From: Chloroflexota bacterium
Lineage (GTDB): Bacteria > Chloroflexota > Limnocylindria > Limnocylindrales > Limnocylindraceae
NCBI GenBank assembly: GCA_041177405.1
Contig: JBEDBF010000001.1
Coordinates: 1-42,303, forward strand
Direction of reading: 5' to 3'
DNA length: 42,303 nucleotides
Positions within the stretch are counted from its first letter, which is position 1, and each line of letters starts with the position of its first letter. Made by a program: the position numbers and the translations under genes. Below, piece by piece: positions 1 to 13,465 of this stretch. The notes beneath the pieces are model-generated. The model searched no databases and was not told the DNA's origin. It worked only from the letters and a program-made list of their open reading frames with translations.

Positions 1-22
1 GTGAAACGCGCCGCTGGGCTGT

Positions 23-852
23 GTGAGCCCCTCCTGCTACACTCCGCCCGTGGGAGAGGTCGTCGAGCCAAGGAACCTCGGCCGGGCGCAGGTCATTGTT
101 TGCGCCAACCAGAAGGGAGGCGTGGGGAAGACCACGACCGTGCTCAATCTTGCGGCGGAGCTTGCCCATGCGGGACACAAGGTACTCGTAGTCGATCTTG
201 ACCCCCAACGCAATCTGACGAGTGGCCTCGGCTTTGTTACACCGCAAGGTGCTCCGACCGCCTACGACCTGTTAGTGGGACGTCGTCCGGCGCACGAGCT
301 CGCCCAGGCAACCTCCATTCCGAACCTGAGTCTGATCCCAGGTTCGGCCGATCTGGCAGGCATTGATGTTGAGCTCGCAGCGGGCGATGAGAGCGGCGAG
401 CGACAACTTGCTGCGGGTCTGCGGCTGGCTGGCGATGCGGAGGTCGTGCTTGTGGACACTCCGCCCTCCCTTGGGTTGGTAACAATCAGCGCCTTTGCGG
501 TGGCCGACTCCGTACTTGTCCCCGTGCAGTGCGAGTACTACGCGCTTGAAGGCCTCTCCCAGCTCATGGCAACGACGTTCGCGACCGATTGAACCCAGAC
601 TTAGAGGTGAACGGCTTCCTCCTCACCATGCTCGATCCACGCACAAAGCTCGGGGGGGATGTGGTGCGGGAGGTAGAGAGCCACTTCGGCGATCTCGTCT
701 ACCGAGCCCGCGTGCCACGCTCCGTCCGCCTCGCGGAAGCGCCAAGCCACGGGATCTCAATTCGGAGCTATGCGCCTGGGAGTTCTGGCGCGGAGTCGTA
801 TGCTCAGGCGGCGAGCGAGTTTGCAACCCGCGTCTTTGGGAGTGCGGCGTGA
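23..852 (+). pseudogene. parA: ParA/Soj-type chromosome-partitioning ATPase, split by a one-base frame change near 569-572
   Basis: ORF 23..592 carries the deviant Walker A NQKGGVGKTT plus DLDPQ, VLVDTPPS and CEYYALEGLSQL, then hits TGA at 590-592. The family sequence continues without a gap in the -1 frame from about 571 (NDVRDRLNPDLEVNGFLLTMLD ... RVPRSVRLAEAPSHG) to the stop at 850-852. The true start may be GTG 50. Confidence 0.85.
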
Positions 853-871
853 GAGATAGGGGGGTTCGACC

Positions 872-3693
<2,822 letters not shown>

Positions 3694-3745
3694 TCGACTC
3701 GATTGAGTAACGCCACGATCGAACTGATTGAAAGGGGGTGACGAG

Positions 3746-6520
3746 ATGGCAAAGGGTCCAGCTGGCAAGGGTCCAGTAGATAACGGCGCAGACGGGATCA
3801 GCCCGGGCGGCGTGAGCGTCACCAGCGTGAAGTCGATCCGAATCGAAGACGAGATGCGCACGAGTTACCTCGATTACGCCATGAGCGTGATCGTGGCTCG
3901 TGCCCTCCCAGACGTGCGTGACGGCCTCAAGCCAGTCCATCGCCGCATCCTCTACACCATGGGCGAGATGGGTCTCTCAGGGGGCTCGGCCTATCGGAAG
4001 TGCGCCGCGATCGTCGGTGAGGTCATGGGTAAGTACCACCCGCACGGCGACGGCGCCCTATACGACGCACTTGTCCGCCTGGCGCAAGACTTCTCCATGC
4101 GCCACCCGCTCGTTGATGGCCAAGGAAACTTCGGCTCCGTCGACGGCGACTCGGCCGCTGCGATGCGCTACACCGAAGCGCGCCTCACCGCGATCGCCGG
4201 CGAAATGCTCGCCGATATCGATCACGAGACTGTTGACTTCACACCAAACTATGACGGCACGCAGAAGGAGCCGAGCGTCCTCCCCTCGCGCATGCCAAAT
4301 CTGCTCGTCAACGGATCGGCAGGGATCGCCGTTGGCATGGCGACCAATATTCCGCCGCACAACCTTGGCGAGATCGCGGACGCCGCCATTGCACTCGTTG
4401 AGAATCCACAGCTCACCGCAGAAGAGTTGAGTGCGATCGTCCTCGCGCCAGACTTCCCAACTGGCGGCGTGCTCTACCGCTACGACCACATCAAGAATCC
4501 ACTCACCGGCAAGACCGAGCGCGTTGACGCGATTCGACAGATGTACGCACACGGTCGCGGGCGCGTCGTTGTAGAAGGGAAGACAAGCTTTGAAGAGGCG
4601 CGTGGCGACCGCACCGCCATCATCATTCACGAACTCCCGTATCAGGTGAACAAGGCGACACTCGTTGAGAAGATTGCCGACCTCGTCAAAGAGGGCCGCA
4701 TTGAGGGGATTTCCGATCTACGTGACGAGTCAGACCGCGACGGGATGCGCATCTACGTTGAGGTGAAGCGCGACGGCAATCCGCACAAGGTGCTCAACAA
4801 GCTCCTGAAGCTCACACCGCTTCGCGCCGCATTCAGCATGAACATGCTCGCGCTGGTCGATGGTCAGCCACAAACACTCTCGCTGAAGTCTGTACTGCAG
4901 CACCACATTGAACACCGCCGCGTCATCGTTCGTCGACGCACGGAGTTTGAACTGAAGAAGGCGCAGGAGCGCGCACACATCTTGGAAGGCTTGAAGATTG
5001 CGCTGGACAACCTTGACGCAGTCATCAAGACAATTCGTGCCGCCGCAGATGTGGACGTTGCGCGCGAACAGTTGATGACCAAATTCAAGCTGAGCGAACT
5101 GCAGGCGCAGGCAATCTTGGACATGCGCCTCGCCCGACTCGCCGCACTCGAGCGCAAGAAGATTGAAGACGAGTACCTAGAGGTTCTTGCGCTGATCAAG
5201 GAGCTTCAGGACATCCTTGCGAATCCGAAGCGTGTCTCCAAGATCATTGCTGCTGAGTACGCGAAGATGAAGGAGAAGTTCGGAGATACGCGACGCACTC
5301 GTATCGCACAGGACGCCACACGCGAGATGTCCGACGAGGATCTCATTGCGGACGAAGACGTGGTGATCACGGTTAGCGGTCGCGGCTACATCAAGCGCCA
5401 GCCGCTCACGGCGTACCGACAACAGCATCGCGGCGGCAAGGGCGTGCGCGGGATGACCACGCGTGAAGAGGATGCAGTGAAGTCACTCCAGGTTGCGAAC
5501 ACGCACGACTGGGCCTTCTTCTTCACAAACAAGGGTCGCTGCTTCAGCACCAAGGTGCATGAGATTCCAGACGCATCTCGACAGAACAAGGGAATCCCGA
5601 TCGTCAATCTGCCAGGTGTCCAGGTCGAATCTGGTGAAGTTCCGGTTGCAACGGTCATCCTGCAGAACTTCAACGCTGGTGGCTACCTCGCCTTCTCCAC
5701 CAAGAAGGGTGTGATCAAGAAGACGGCGCTCGAGCAGTTTGAGAAGGTTCGTTCGTCTGGAATCATCGCGATCACCCTTGATAAGGGCGATGAGCTTGCG
5801 CAGGTGATTCCAACCTCGGGCGAAGACGACATTGTGCTCGCCACGCGACAGGGTCGCATCTGCCGCTTCCATGAGAAGGAGGCGCGACCGATGGGGCGCT
5901 CCGCCGGCGGCGTTATCGGAATCCGCATCGCCCGACAGGGTGACCTTGTGGTGGCCGCGGCGGTGGTGGAGCCTGGAGCCGACCTCCTCGTTCTCACCGA
6001 GACCGGCTTCGGGAAGCGCGTCCCAGTTGGAGCGTTCAGCCGCAAGCACCGCGGCACCCAGGGTGTCCGTCTGATTCCACTTGAGGGTCGAAAGACGGGA
6101 CCGGTTGTGGCCGTGCGCCAGGTGAGTGAGGCCGACGAAGAGGTCATCTTGATCAGCGCTGAGGGCCAGGTGGTGCGCACGAAACTTGAGACCATCGCGA
6201 CTCGCAATGACGGCAGCTCCCAAGGCGTGCGTGTCATGACCCTTCGCGAAGGGGACAAGGTGGCGGGGATCGCCGCCTTCCGCACAGGGCTAGCAAAGCG
6301 CGACGCCGACGGCGAGAATGAGGGCGCCCCTGACGGGGAGGCCAGCCCCCCTCGAACGAAGGCAGCCAAGGCCGCGGCAACGAAGACCCCAGCGAAGGGG
6401 AAGGCGAAGCCAGCGGCTAAGGTGAAGGCGAACAGCGCGAAGGCGAGCGCAACAACAAAGACGAGCAAGGCGAACAAGGCGAACAAGACGGTCAAGACGA
6501 AACCTACGAAGCGGCGATAG
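3746..6520 (+). CDS. gyrA: DNA gyrase subunit A with a Lys/Ala-rich basic C-terminal tail
   Basis: [33 protein letters not shown], the [10 protein letters not shown] active-site Tyr region, and C-terminal beta-pinwheel repeats. I prefer ATG 3746 (preceded by AAAGGGGG at 3731-3738) over the track start TTG 3728. Confidence 0.95.
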   Translation: MAKGPAGKGPVDNGADGISPGGVSVTSVKSIRIEDEMRTSYLDYAMSVIVARALPDVRDGLKPVHRRILYTMGEMGLSGGSAYRKCAAIVGEVMGKYHPHGDGALYDALVRLAQDFSMRHPLVDGQGNFGSVDGDSAAAMRYTEARLTAIAGEMLADIDHETVDFTPNYDGTQKEPSVLPSRMPNLLVNGSAGIAVGMATNIPPHNLGEIADAAIALVENPQLTAEELSAIVLAPDFPTGGVLYRYDHIKNPLTGKTERVDAIRQMYAHGRGRVVVEGKTSFEEARGDRTAIIIHELPYQVNKATLVEKIADLVKEGRIEGISDLRDESDRDGMRIYVEVKRDGNPHKVLNKLLKLTPLRAAFSMNMLALVDGQPQTLSLKSVLQHHIEHRRVIVRRRTEFELKKAQERAHILEGLKIALDNLDAVIKTIRAAADVDVAREQLMTKFKLSELQAQAILDMRLARLAALERKKIEDEYLEVLALIKELQDILANPKRVSKIIAAEYAKMKEKFGDTRRTRIAQDATREMSDEDLIADEDVVITVSGRGYIKRQPLTAYRQQHRGGKGVRGMTTREEDAVKSLQVANTHDWAFFFTNKGRCFSTKVHEIPDASRQNKGIPIVNLPGVQVESGEVPVATVILQNFNAGGYLAFSTKKGVIKKTALEQFEKVRSSGIIAITLDKGDELAQVIPTSGEDDIVLATRQGRICRFHEKEARPMGRSAGGVIGIRIARQGDLVVAAAVVEPGADLLVLTETGFGKRVPVGAFSRKHRGTQGVRLIPLEGRKTGPVVAVRQVSEADEEVILISAEGQVVRTKLETIATRNDGSSQGVRVMTLREGDKVAGIAAFRTGLAKRDADGENEGAPDGEASPPRTKAAKAAATKTPAKGKAKPAAKVKANSAKASATTKTSKANKANKTVKTKPTKRR

Positions 6521-6536
6521 GGATCGGAGGACGGCG

Positions 6537-7601
6537 ATGAGGGCAGATTCAATCGACGTCTACACGGGAAATGCAAACCCAGAGCTTGCGAGCAAGATTG
6601 CACGCTATCTCGGACGTGAGCTCGGCAAGGCGGAAGTGTTCGCCTTTGCCAACGAGAACATCTTCGTCAAGATCCTTGACAACGCGCGAGAGAAAGATGT
6701 CTTCATTGTCCAGCCAACGTCACGCCCAGTGAGCACCTCCATCATGGAGCTGCTGATCATGATCGATGCATTTAAGCGCGCATCTGCTGGACGCATCACT
6801 GCCGTCATCCCCTACTACGGATATGGACGCTCTGACAAGAAAGACCAGCCGCGTGTGCCAATCACGGCCCGACTCGTTGCCGACATGTTGCAAGTTGCTG
6901 GCGCAAACAGAATCCTCACCATGGACCTCCACCAGGGACAGCTGCAGGGATTCTTCAACGTCCCTGTCGATGAGCTCACCGCGGTGCACATGCTCTCCAA
7001 CTACATCCGACAGAAAGGGACCGAGAACCTTGCCGTTGTGACCGACCTTGGTTTCGCAAAGCGTGCGCGCACCTTTGCAGAACTTCTTGATGCACCGCTC
7101 GCGATCGTCGAGAAGCGACGTGAAGGGAACGACGACCACGCTGAGGTCCTCAATGTCATCGGCGATGTGAAGGGGAAGCGCGTCATCATTGTGGATGATG
7201 AGATCGACACTGCGGGAACGCTCACCGAGACGGTGCGCGCGATTGAGAAGGCGGGGGCGATCGAAGTGACCGCCTGTGCGACACACGGCGTCTTTTCCGG
7301 CCCCGCAATCGAGCGCATCGACGCATCGGCTGTGCGAGAGGTGATCGTCACCGACTCAATCCCAATGCCTGCTGGAGTGAGCAGCCCAAAGATCAAGCGT
7401 CTCTCTTCGGCGCCACTCTTCGGTGAAGCCATCAAGCGCATTCATCTTGGCGAGTCGGTGGGTGCGCTCTTTGGGAAAGAGGCCTCCATGGCGGAGGAGA
7501 TGGTCTTCTGGGATGGCGAACATGCTGGACTCCCATCAACATCGAACGGCAACGGTCGCGCGGCGATCGGCGCCGCTGGTGCGAAGCGCCGGGCGAAGTA
7601 G
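6537..7601 (+). CDS. prs: Ribose-phosphate pyrophosphokinase (PRPP synthetase), with about 40 extra C-terminal residues
   Basis: VFIVQPTS, ITAVIPYYGYGRSDKK, TMDLHQGQLQGFF, VIIVDDEIDTAGTL. Confidence 0.92.
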   Translation: MRADSIDVYTGNANPELASKIARYLGRELGKAEVFAFANENIFVKILDNAREKDVFIVQPTSRPVSTSIMELLIMIDAFKRASAGRITAVIPYYGYGRSDKKDQPRVPITARLVADMLQVAGANRILTMDLHQGQLQGFFNVPVDELTAVHMLSNYIRQKGTENLAVVTDLGFAKRARTFAELLDAPLAIVEKRREGNDDHAEVLNVIGDVKGKRVIIVDDEIDTAGTLTETVRAIEKAGAIEVTACATHGVFSGPAIERIDASAVREVIVTDSIPMPAGVSSPKIKRLSSAPLFGEAIKRIHLGESVGALFGKEASMAEEMVFWDGEHAGLPSTSNGNGRAAIGAAGAKRRAK

Positions 7602-7603
7602 AC

Positions 7604-7837
7604 ATGACGCTGAAGCTGCACCGTCCAGATGAGCGCGGCGTGATCACCGCTCACGAACCAGAGCGGCGCGCAGACTGGCGCGCCACACTTCGCAGTCCGC
7701 GGTGGAACGCGGCACCACTCAAGAATCCTGAGATGAATCCGACGAGCCGCCCCGCGAGCGTCGTCTATTGGCTCGTATTGGGCGCGATCACGTTTGGCAT
7801 TCTCATGCTGGGGTACGGCTCCGGCTTCTGGCGCTAA
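7604..7837 (+). CDS. Hypothetical small membrane protein (one C-terminal TM helix)
   Basis: A 77-codon ORF fills the prs-secA gap exactly. ATG lies 2 nt after the prs stop. Hydrophobic stretch VVYWLVLGAITFGILMLGYG. No family recognised. Confidence 0.4.
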   Translation: MTLKLHRPDERGVITAHEPERRADWRATLRSPRWNAAPLKNPEMNPTSRPASVVYWLVLGAITFGILMLGYGSGFWR

Positions 7838-7846
7838 GGCTCGCTC

Positions 7847-10567
7847 GTGGTGTTTGGCTTCCTCTCACGTCTTGTTGACTCCAACGATCGGGAGCTGAAG
7901 CGACTCGAGCCAATCCTCACCGCCGTCAACGCGCGCGCTGACGAAATGGAAGCCGCGAGCGCAGATGAGATTCGTGGCCGCATGGAGGCGATCGCCGCAG
8001 ACCTACGTGCGCAATATGGCGACGAGCAGAAGCAGCGCCTTGAAGCGGCACTTCCAGAAATCTTGGCGGCGGCGCGCGAGGCGGCGAGGCGCACAATCGG
8101 TCTGCGCCCGTATGACGTGCAGATCCTCGGCGCAATCGTCCTCCATCAAGGGAGGATCCCGGAGATGCGCACCGGCGAAGGGAAGACGCTCGTCGCCCCA
8201 CTCGCCGCAGCGGCCAACGCACTCACCGGTGACGGTGTGCACGTCATCACCGTCAATGACTACCTGGCGCGCCGCGACGCCCAGTGGATGGGGCCACTCT
8301 TTGCCTTTCTAGGCATCTCGCTCGGGGTGATCACGCACGACTCCTCATATCTCTATGACCCAGAGTTCAGCAGCGGCGAGGAGCGCACCGCACGTCTGCG
8401 ACCGGTGACTCGCCGTGAAGCGTATGCGGCGGACGTCACCTACGGCACCAACAACGAGTTCGGTTTTGACTACCTCCGAGACAACATGGTCACGGAACTC
8501 GAGGCGCGGGCGCAGCGCGGACACGCCTTTGCGATCGTTGACGAGGTGGACAACATCCTCATCGATGAGGCGCGGACGCCACTCATCATCAGCGGCCAGG
8601 CTGCCGAATCTCAGGATCTCTACCAAGTCTTCGCGAAGCTCGTCCCTCGCCTGAAGGAGCGCCCTGCCGGCACCCTTGAGGGTGGTGACTACTTCGTTGA
8701 CGCAAAAGAGAAGGCGGTTTCACCAACCGAAGAGGGCGTCGCAAAGATTGAGAAGGCGCTCGGCGTTGAGAACCTCTACAGCGGCGACCCGCTGATGGCG
8801 CGACACTTTGAGTCTGCGCTGCGCGCTCACGCGCTCTTCAAGCGCGACCGCGACTACATCATTGAAGACGGCGAGATCGTCATCGTGGACGAGTTCACCG
8901 GACGCAAGATGCCTGGCCGACGCTGGTCAGAGGGTCTTCATCAGGCCGTTGAGGCGAAGGAGGGGCTCCGCGTCCAGCGCGAATCCGTCACGATGGCAAC
9001 GATCACCTTCCAAAACTATTTCCGCCTCTACAAGAAGCTCGCTGGCATGACGGGAACCGCAATGACCGAGGCGGAAGAGTTCAGCAAGATTTACAACCTT
9101 GAAGTCACATCAATCCCAACGCATCGACCCATGGTCCGCGTTGACGAACCAGACCTTGTGTATCGAACGGTTCGAGCAAAAGATGCGGCGATCGTTGCGC
9201 ACATCAAAGAGCGCAGCGCTGCTGGCCAGCCCGTGCTTGTAGGAACGACTTCAGTGGAGCGATCCGAACACCTCTCTTCGCTCCTGAAGCGTGAAGGTGT
9301 TGCGCACAACGTCTTGAATGCGAAGCAGCACGAGCGCGAAGCGCCCGTTGTTGCACAGGCGGGACGGCCAGGTACGGTCACGATTGCAACCAACATGGCC
9401 GGACGCGGAACAGACATCAAGCTCGGTGGAGATCCGGCGGGGCTCGCCTCTGAGGCGCTCCGCGTGAAGGGGCTGAACCCGGCCGAAGTAGACCGCGAAA
9501 CATATGCAGCGGCACTTGCAGACGCGGAGCGCACATGTGAATCCGAGCGTCAGGTTGTGCTCGCGGCGGGTGGCCTGCGTATTGTTGGTACAGAGCGTCA
9601 CGAATCTCGCCGCATCGACAACCAGTTGCGTGGACGAGCGGGGCGACAGGGTGATCCTGGTTCGTCGCGCTTCTATCTCTCGCTTGAAGACGATCTGATG
9701 CGACGCTTCGCTGGCGAACGAGTGGTTGGCCTGATGGATCGACTCGGCTTCGACGAGAGCCAGGCGCTTGAGTCCGCAATGGTGAGCCGCACCATTGAGG
9801 GCGCGCAGACGCGCGTAGAGGGCTACAACTTCGATATTCGAAAGCGCGTCGTGGAGTTTGACGACGTGATCAACATGCAGCGTGCAACCGTGTACGGGGA
9901 ACGCGACCGCGTGCTGCGCGGCGAAAACCTCACTCGCACAATCCAGGATGCGCTGTATGGCGAAGTTCGCGCACTTGCAGTTACGCACTGCCCCCCAGGT
10001 CTCACTGGGGAGTGGAACCGAGAGGCACTTGCCACTGAGCTGAAGCGATTCGGCGTAGAGCCACCGGCCGCACTGGAAACGATCGTTGAAGACTCGGTCT
10101 TGTATGAAGCGCTAGAGGCTGCGGCTGATGCCGCGCTCGAGAAGAAGGCGGCTGAGGTGGGCGAAGCGCTTTGGCCGCGCGTTGAGCGTGCGGTGATCCT
10201 GCGCAGCATTGACCAACTCTGGGTTGAGCACCTCACCGAGGTTGATGATCTTCGTCGCGGGATTGGTCTGCGCGGGCATGCACAGGTTGACCCGTTGAAC
10301 GCGTTCAAGATCGAGGCGTTCAAGCTGTATGAGGAGTTCCAGTCGCACATTCGCGTCAGCATTGGGCGAGCCATTTTGCGCGTCAGCCTTGTTCAGGAGA
10401 AGCGAGCACCTGCACCGGTCGCAGTAAAGACCGTTGGCGGGAGCTCCGAGGCGGCGAGCGCCGCTCCGCGCGCGTCCGCAACGGTATCGCCTGCGTTGAA
10501 GGCTGGCCGAAACGACGCCTGCCCGTGTGGTTCGGGGAAGAAGTTCAAGAAGTGCCACGGGGCATAG
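7847..10567 (+). CDS. secA: Preprotein translocase ATPase SecA
   Basis: MRTGEGKTLVAPL, DEVDNILIDEARTPLIISG, TNMAGRGTDIKLGG, GTERHESRRIDNQLRGRAGRQGDPG, C-terminal zinc motif CPCGSGKKFKKCHG. Confidence 0.96.
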   Translation: MVFGFLSRLVDSNDRELKRLEPILTAVNARADEMEAASADEIRGRMEAIAADLRAQYGDEQKQRLEAALPEILAAAREAARRTIGLRPYDVQILGAIVLHQGRIPEMRTGEGKTLVAPLAAAANALTGDGVHVITVNDYLARRDAQWMGPLFAFLGISLGVITHDSSYLYDPEFSSGEERTARLRPVTRREAYAADVTYGTNNEFGFDYLRDNMVTELEARAQRGHAFAIVDEVDNILIDEARTPLIISGQAAESQDLYQVFAKLVPRLKERPAGTLEGGDYFVDAKEKAVSPTEEGVAKIEKALGVENLYSGDPLMARHFESALRAHALFKRDRDYIIEDGEIVIVDEFTGRKMPGRRWSEGLHQAVEAKEGLRVQRESVTMATITFQNYFRLYKKLAGMTGTAMTEAEEFSKIYNLEVTSIPTHRPMVRVDEPDLVYRTVRAKDAAIVAHIKERSAAGQPVLVGTTSVERSEHLSSLLKREGVAHNVLNAKQHEREAPVVAQAGRPGTVTIATNMAGRGTDIKLGGDPAGLASEALRVKGLNPAEVDRETYAAALADAERTCESERQVVLAAGGLRIVGTERHESRRIDNQLRGRAGRQGDPGSSRFYLSLEDDLMRRFAGERVVGLMDRLGFDESQALESAMVSRTIEGAQTRVEGYNFDIRKRVVEFDDVINMQRATVYGERDRVLRGENLTRTIQDALYGEVRALAVTHCPPGLTGEWNREALATELKRFGVEPPAALETIVEDSVLYEALEAAADAALEKKAAEVGEALWPRVERAVILRSIDQLWVEHLTEVDDLRRGIGLRGHAQVDPLNAFKIEAFKLYEEFQSHIRVSIGRAILRVSLVQEKRAPAPVAVKTVGGSSEAASAAPRASATVSPALKAGRNDACPCGSGKKFKKCHGA

Positions 10568-10640
10568 CCCCTGCTACGATCGCGAACGTGAAGCAGCAAC
10601 ACCCCGTCGTCGCCTCCGTGCGACCGAGTGAGCGCCTCCG

Positions 10641-11772
10641 GTGAGCGTCGACGCCGCCGGCCTGCGCGACCTGCTCGGCCGTATCGAAGCCACGTCGGGG
10701 CGGCTTTGACCCAGCCCTAAAGGGGGCGCGCCTCGCAGAGATTGAGACGCAGATGCTCGCCCCAGGGTTCTGGGATGACCAGCGCAGCGCACGTCGACTC
10801 GCCCGCGAAGCGGAGGGGCTCCGTGAAGAGATCACCCTCTGGCAAGAGCTCACCACCGCGGCGCGCGACCTCGGGGAACTCTTCGAGTTAGCCACTTCGG
10901 AGGGCGATGAGGCGCTGCTCGCTGAAGTGGCGCAGAAGAGTGCGCAGGTGGAGCTGGACTTCCAGAAGGCACGCACTTCACTCCTCTTTGCTGGTGAGTA
11001 TGCGGACGCGGATGCGATCGTAACCATCCAGGCTGGAGCTGGCGGTACTGAAGCGTGCGATTGGACCGCCATGCTGCTTCGCGCGTACATGCGGTGGGCG
11101 GAACGACACGGATTTGCCCACGAGATCGTTGACTTCACCGAGGGTGAGGGTGCGGGCTACCGAAGCGTTGCGCTTGAGATTCGTGGCCGCAATGTGTTTG
11201 GCTGGTTGCGCGCAGAGCGTGGCGTCCACCGCATGGTGCGCATCTCTCCGTTCGATGGACAGAAGCGGCGACAGACCACCTTCGCCATGTTTGAGGTGAT
11301 CCCAGAGGTTGAGGATGATCAGGACGTGGTGTTGAACTGGGATGAGATTCGCGTTGATACATTCCGGTCAAGCGGTGCTGGCGGACAACACGTCAACAAG
11401 ACAGAGTCGGCGGTTCGACTCACGCACCTTCCAACCAACATTGCGGTCTCAAGCCAGAATCAGCGCTCACAGATGCAGAACCGTGAGACGGCAGAGAAGA
11501 TGCTGCGCGGCAAGTTGATCGAACTGAAGATTCGAGCGCGCGAGGATGAGCTGGCGCGCGTGCGAGGAGAGACCGTCGTTGCAGGCTGGGGAAGCCAAAT
11601 TCGCAGTTATGTCTTCCATCCGTATCAGATGGTGAAAGATCACCGCAGTGGACACCAGACCGCAGATACCGCTGGCGTCATGGATGGGGACTTTGACCCC
11701 TTCATTCTTGCGGAACTTGAGCGGCTCGCGATCGGTGCGCCAGCTGCAGCGGCGGGGCCAGACGATGAGTAA
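10641..11772 (+). CDS. prfB: Peptide chain release factor 2, decoded as join(10641..10706,10708..11772) through a +1 frameshift
   Basis: Frame-0 leader GTG 10641 MSVDAAGLRDLLGRIEATSGRL ends at CTT TGA (10704-10709). The +1 frame continues DPALKGARLAEIETQMLAPGFWDD. The body has the RF2-type SPF (RISPFD) and GGQ (SGAGGQHVNKTESAVR) motifs. Confidence 0.92.
10695..10710 (+). promoter_or_regulatory. RF2 autoregulatory +1 recoding site (TCG GGG CGG CTT TGA C)
   Basis: Slippery CTT followed by in-frame TGA with a 3-prime C, and a G-rich SD-like GGGG three nt upstream. This is the same layout as the classical prfB shift site. Confidence 0.85.
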
Positions 11773-12511
11773 CCTAGAGCGCATGGAGCGTGACGCCGCC
11801 GTAGATGGACCGGCTACTGAACCAGTCGTTACCCTGCGTGACGTAAGTGTTCGATACCCGAGCGGACACACGGCGCTTGAGGGCGTCAGCCTCACGATCA
11901 ATCGTGGTGAGTTCGCCTTCCTTGTTGGCCCCTCTGGTGCAGGCAAGTCATCGCTGATCGGCCTTCTTGTCCGCGACGTCGTCCCCGCCGCTGGCGAGGT
12001 GCACGTTGCAGGACATGCGGTGCACAGCCTCGAACCGAGCGAGGTCCCGTACCTACGCCGACGTGTTGGCGTGGTCTTTCAGGATTTCCGCCTCCTCCAG
12101 CGGCGAACCGTTCGCGAGAACACCGCCTTTGCGCTTGAGGTTACGGGTGCCCCGCAGGAAGAGGTTGACGCTGCCGTAGAGCGCGCGCTCCGCATTGTTG
12201 GACTATCGGCGCTTGCTGAACGCTACCCCAGCGCTCTCTCAGGAGGTGAGCAGCAGCGCGCGGCGATTGCGCGCGCGATCGTTGCAAATCCAGAGCTGTT
12301 GATTGCCGATGAGCCGACCGGCAACCTTGATCCGCTGATCAGTTGGGAGATCATGGAGCTGCTCGGACAGATCAATCAACTCGGTGTCACGGTACTTGTG
12401 GCAACGCATGACTCTGACGTTGTCACCACGCTACGAAGACGCGTGATCGGCCTTGAGGGGGGGCGCCTGATTCGGGACGAGGCGCGCGGGACATACCATC
12501 GTGCAGGCTGA
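11765..12511 (+). CDS. ftsE: Cell-division ABC transporter ATP-binding protein FtsE
   Basis: Walker A GPSGAGKSS, signature LSGGEQQR, Walker B LLIADEPTGNLD. ATG 11765 overlaps the prfB stop (ATGAGTAA). The longer track ORF from 11648 lies inside prfB. Confidence 0.9.
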   Translation: MSNLERMERDAAVDGPATEPVVTLRDVSVRYPSGHTALEGVSLTINRGEFAFLVGPSGAGKSSLIGLLVRDVVPAAGEVHVAGHAVHSLEPSEVPYLRRRVGVVFQDFRLLQRRTVRENTAFALEVTGAPQEEVDAAVERALRIVGLSALAERYPSALSGGEQQRAAIARAIVANPELLIADEPTGNLDPLISWEIMELLGQINQLGVTVLVATHDSDVVTTLRRRVIGLEGGRLIRDEARGTYHRAG

Positions 12512-12538
12512 GCAGCACAACCGCGAAGGGGGCTGATC

Positions 12539-13450
12539 GTGAGTAGAGCGCAGAACGGTCGTCTGATTCGGCTAAGCATCTCAGCCGCGGTCAACGGCCT
12601 TTCCCGAAACAGGCTCGCCACAGTTGCGGCGACCATGACCATGACGCTGATGCTGCTCGTTCTCGCCTCGGTGCTGGTGATCCGTGCCGGACTTGATGCC
12701 GCCCTCAGCTATGCAGACTCGAAGGTGGAGGTGGTCGCCTACCTGAAGGTCGGCGCCTCCGAGGAGCGTGCGAACTCGCTTCGCAACGAGATCCTCAAGA
12801 TCGATGGGGTGAAGGAGGCTACCTACATTACCGCCGACGAGGCGCTCGCCGCCTTCCGTGAACGGCTGAAAGAGCGAGGTGAACCGGACCTCACGGGTGA
12901 GCTCGATCAGAATCCGCTCCCGGCCAGTTTTGAGATCGCCCTCAACAGCCCAGGTGAAACCGCGAAGGTGGCAGACGCGCTGAGTCGACTTCCCTCCGCC
13001 GCACTTTTTTCACGAATCGTTGACGGCCGCGCGGTCGCAGAGAGCCTTGCTGGCATCACCTCAGCGCTTCGCATCGCCGGTTTGATCGTGTTGATCGGTT
13101 TCTCACTCGCCGTCCTTGCCGTTGTTGTCAACGCCATTCGACTCGCGATCCTCGCGCGAAGCGATGAGATCGCGATCATGCGCCTTGTCGGCGCAACATC
13201 AACGTGGGTGCGCCTCCCCTTCATCATTGAAGGGTTGATCATTGGAGGCGCGGGCGCGCTGATCACGCTCTTCATCTTCGGCATCCTTGGCGCGGGAATC
13301 AGCACCATCATGCTGAACCTCTTCCGCGTCCTCCCTATTGAGACGTCTGGCATTCTTCTTGGGCAGGTTGCCGTCACCGTGCTCGTCGCCGGATTTGGGC
13401 TTGGCGCGCTCGGTGCACTACTCTCACTTCGTGGTCGTCTGAACTCGTAG
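12539..13450 (+). CDS. ftsX: Cell-division permease-like protein FtsX
   Basis: It follows ftsE. N-terminal TM helix, a periplasmic-type domain, then three C-terminal TM helices. GTG 12539 follows GAAGGGGG. Confidence 0.85.
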   Translation: MSRAQNGRLIRLSISAAVNGLSRNRLATVAATMTMTLMLLVLASVLVIRAGLDAALSYADSKVEVVAYLKVGASEERANSLRNEILKIDGVKEATYITADEALAAFRERLKERGEPDLTGELDQNPLPASFEIALNSPGETAKVADALSRLPSAALFSRIVDGRAVAESLAGITSALRIAGLIVLIGFSLAVLAVVVNAIRLAILARSDEIAIMRLVGATSTWVRLPFIIEGLIIGGAGALITLFIFGILGAGISTIMLNLFRVLPIETSGILLGQVAVTVLVAGFGLGALGALLSLRGRLNS

Positions 13451-13465
13451 GGCGCAGGAGGGCGT

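Noticed and set aside
1-201. A 66-aa ORF at the window edge, and the first 8 nt GTGAAACG, which equal the right half of a parS consensus (TGTTTCAC-GTGAAACA).
   Set aside because: The ORF overlaps parA out of frame and is Arg/Gly-rich noise. The parS half-site cannot be evaluated because its left half lies outside the window. No full parS-like 16-mer was seen elsewhere; the best is GTTTCACGTTGA near 23310, a poor match.
857-866. GGTTCGACC resembles a tRNA T-arm.
   Set aside because: It has no matching acceptor or anticodon stems and sits in the purine-rich leader just before the parB ATG. The only genuine T-arm in the window belongs to the tmRNA.
3728-3745. TTG 3728 as the gyrA start, as in the ORF track.
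   Set aside because: ATG 3746 follows an AAAGGGGG SD-like run at appropriate spacing, and the six extra codons add nothing conserved.
5683-6603. A 306-aa minus-strand ORF across the gyrA 3-prime end and prs start. Similar shadow ORFs occur at 12907..13860(-), 10545..11138(-), 16804..17631(+) and 4058..4630(-).
   Set aside because: All overlap strongly supported genes on the other strand or frame and have low-complexity Arg/Ala/Ser/Pro-rich translations.
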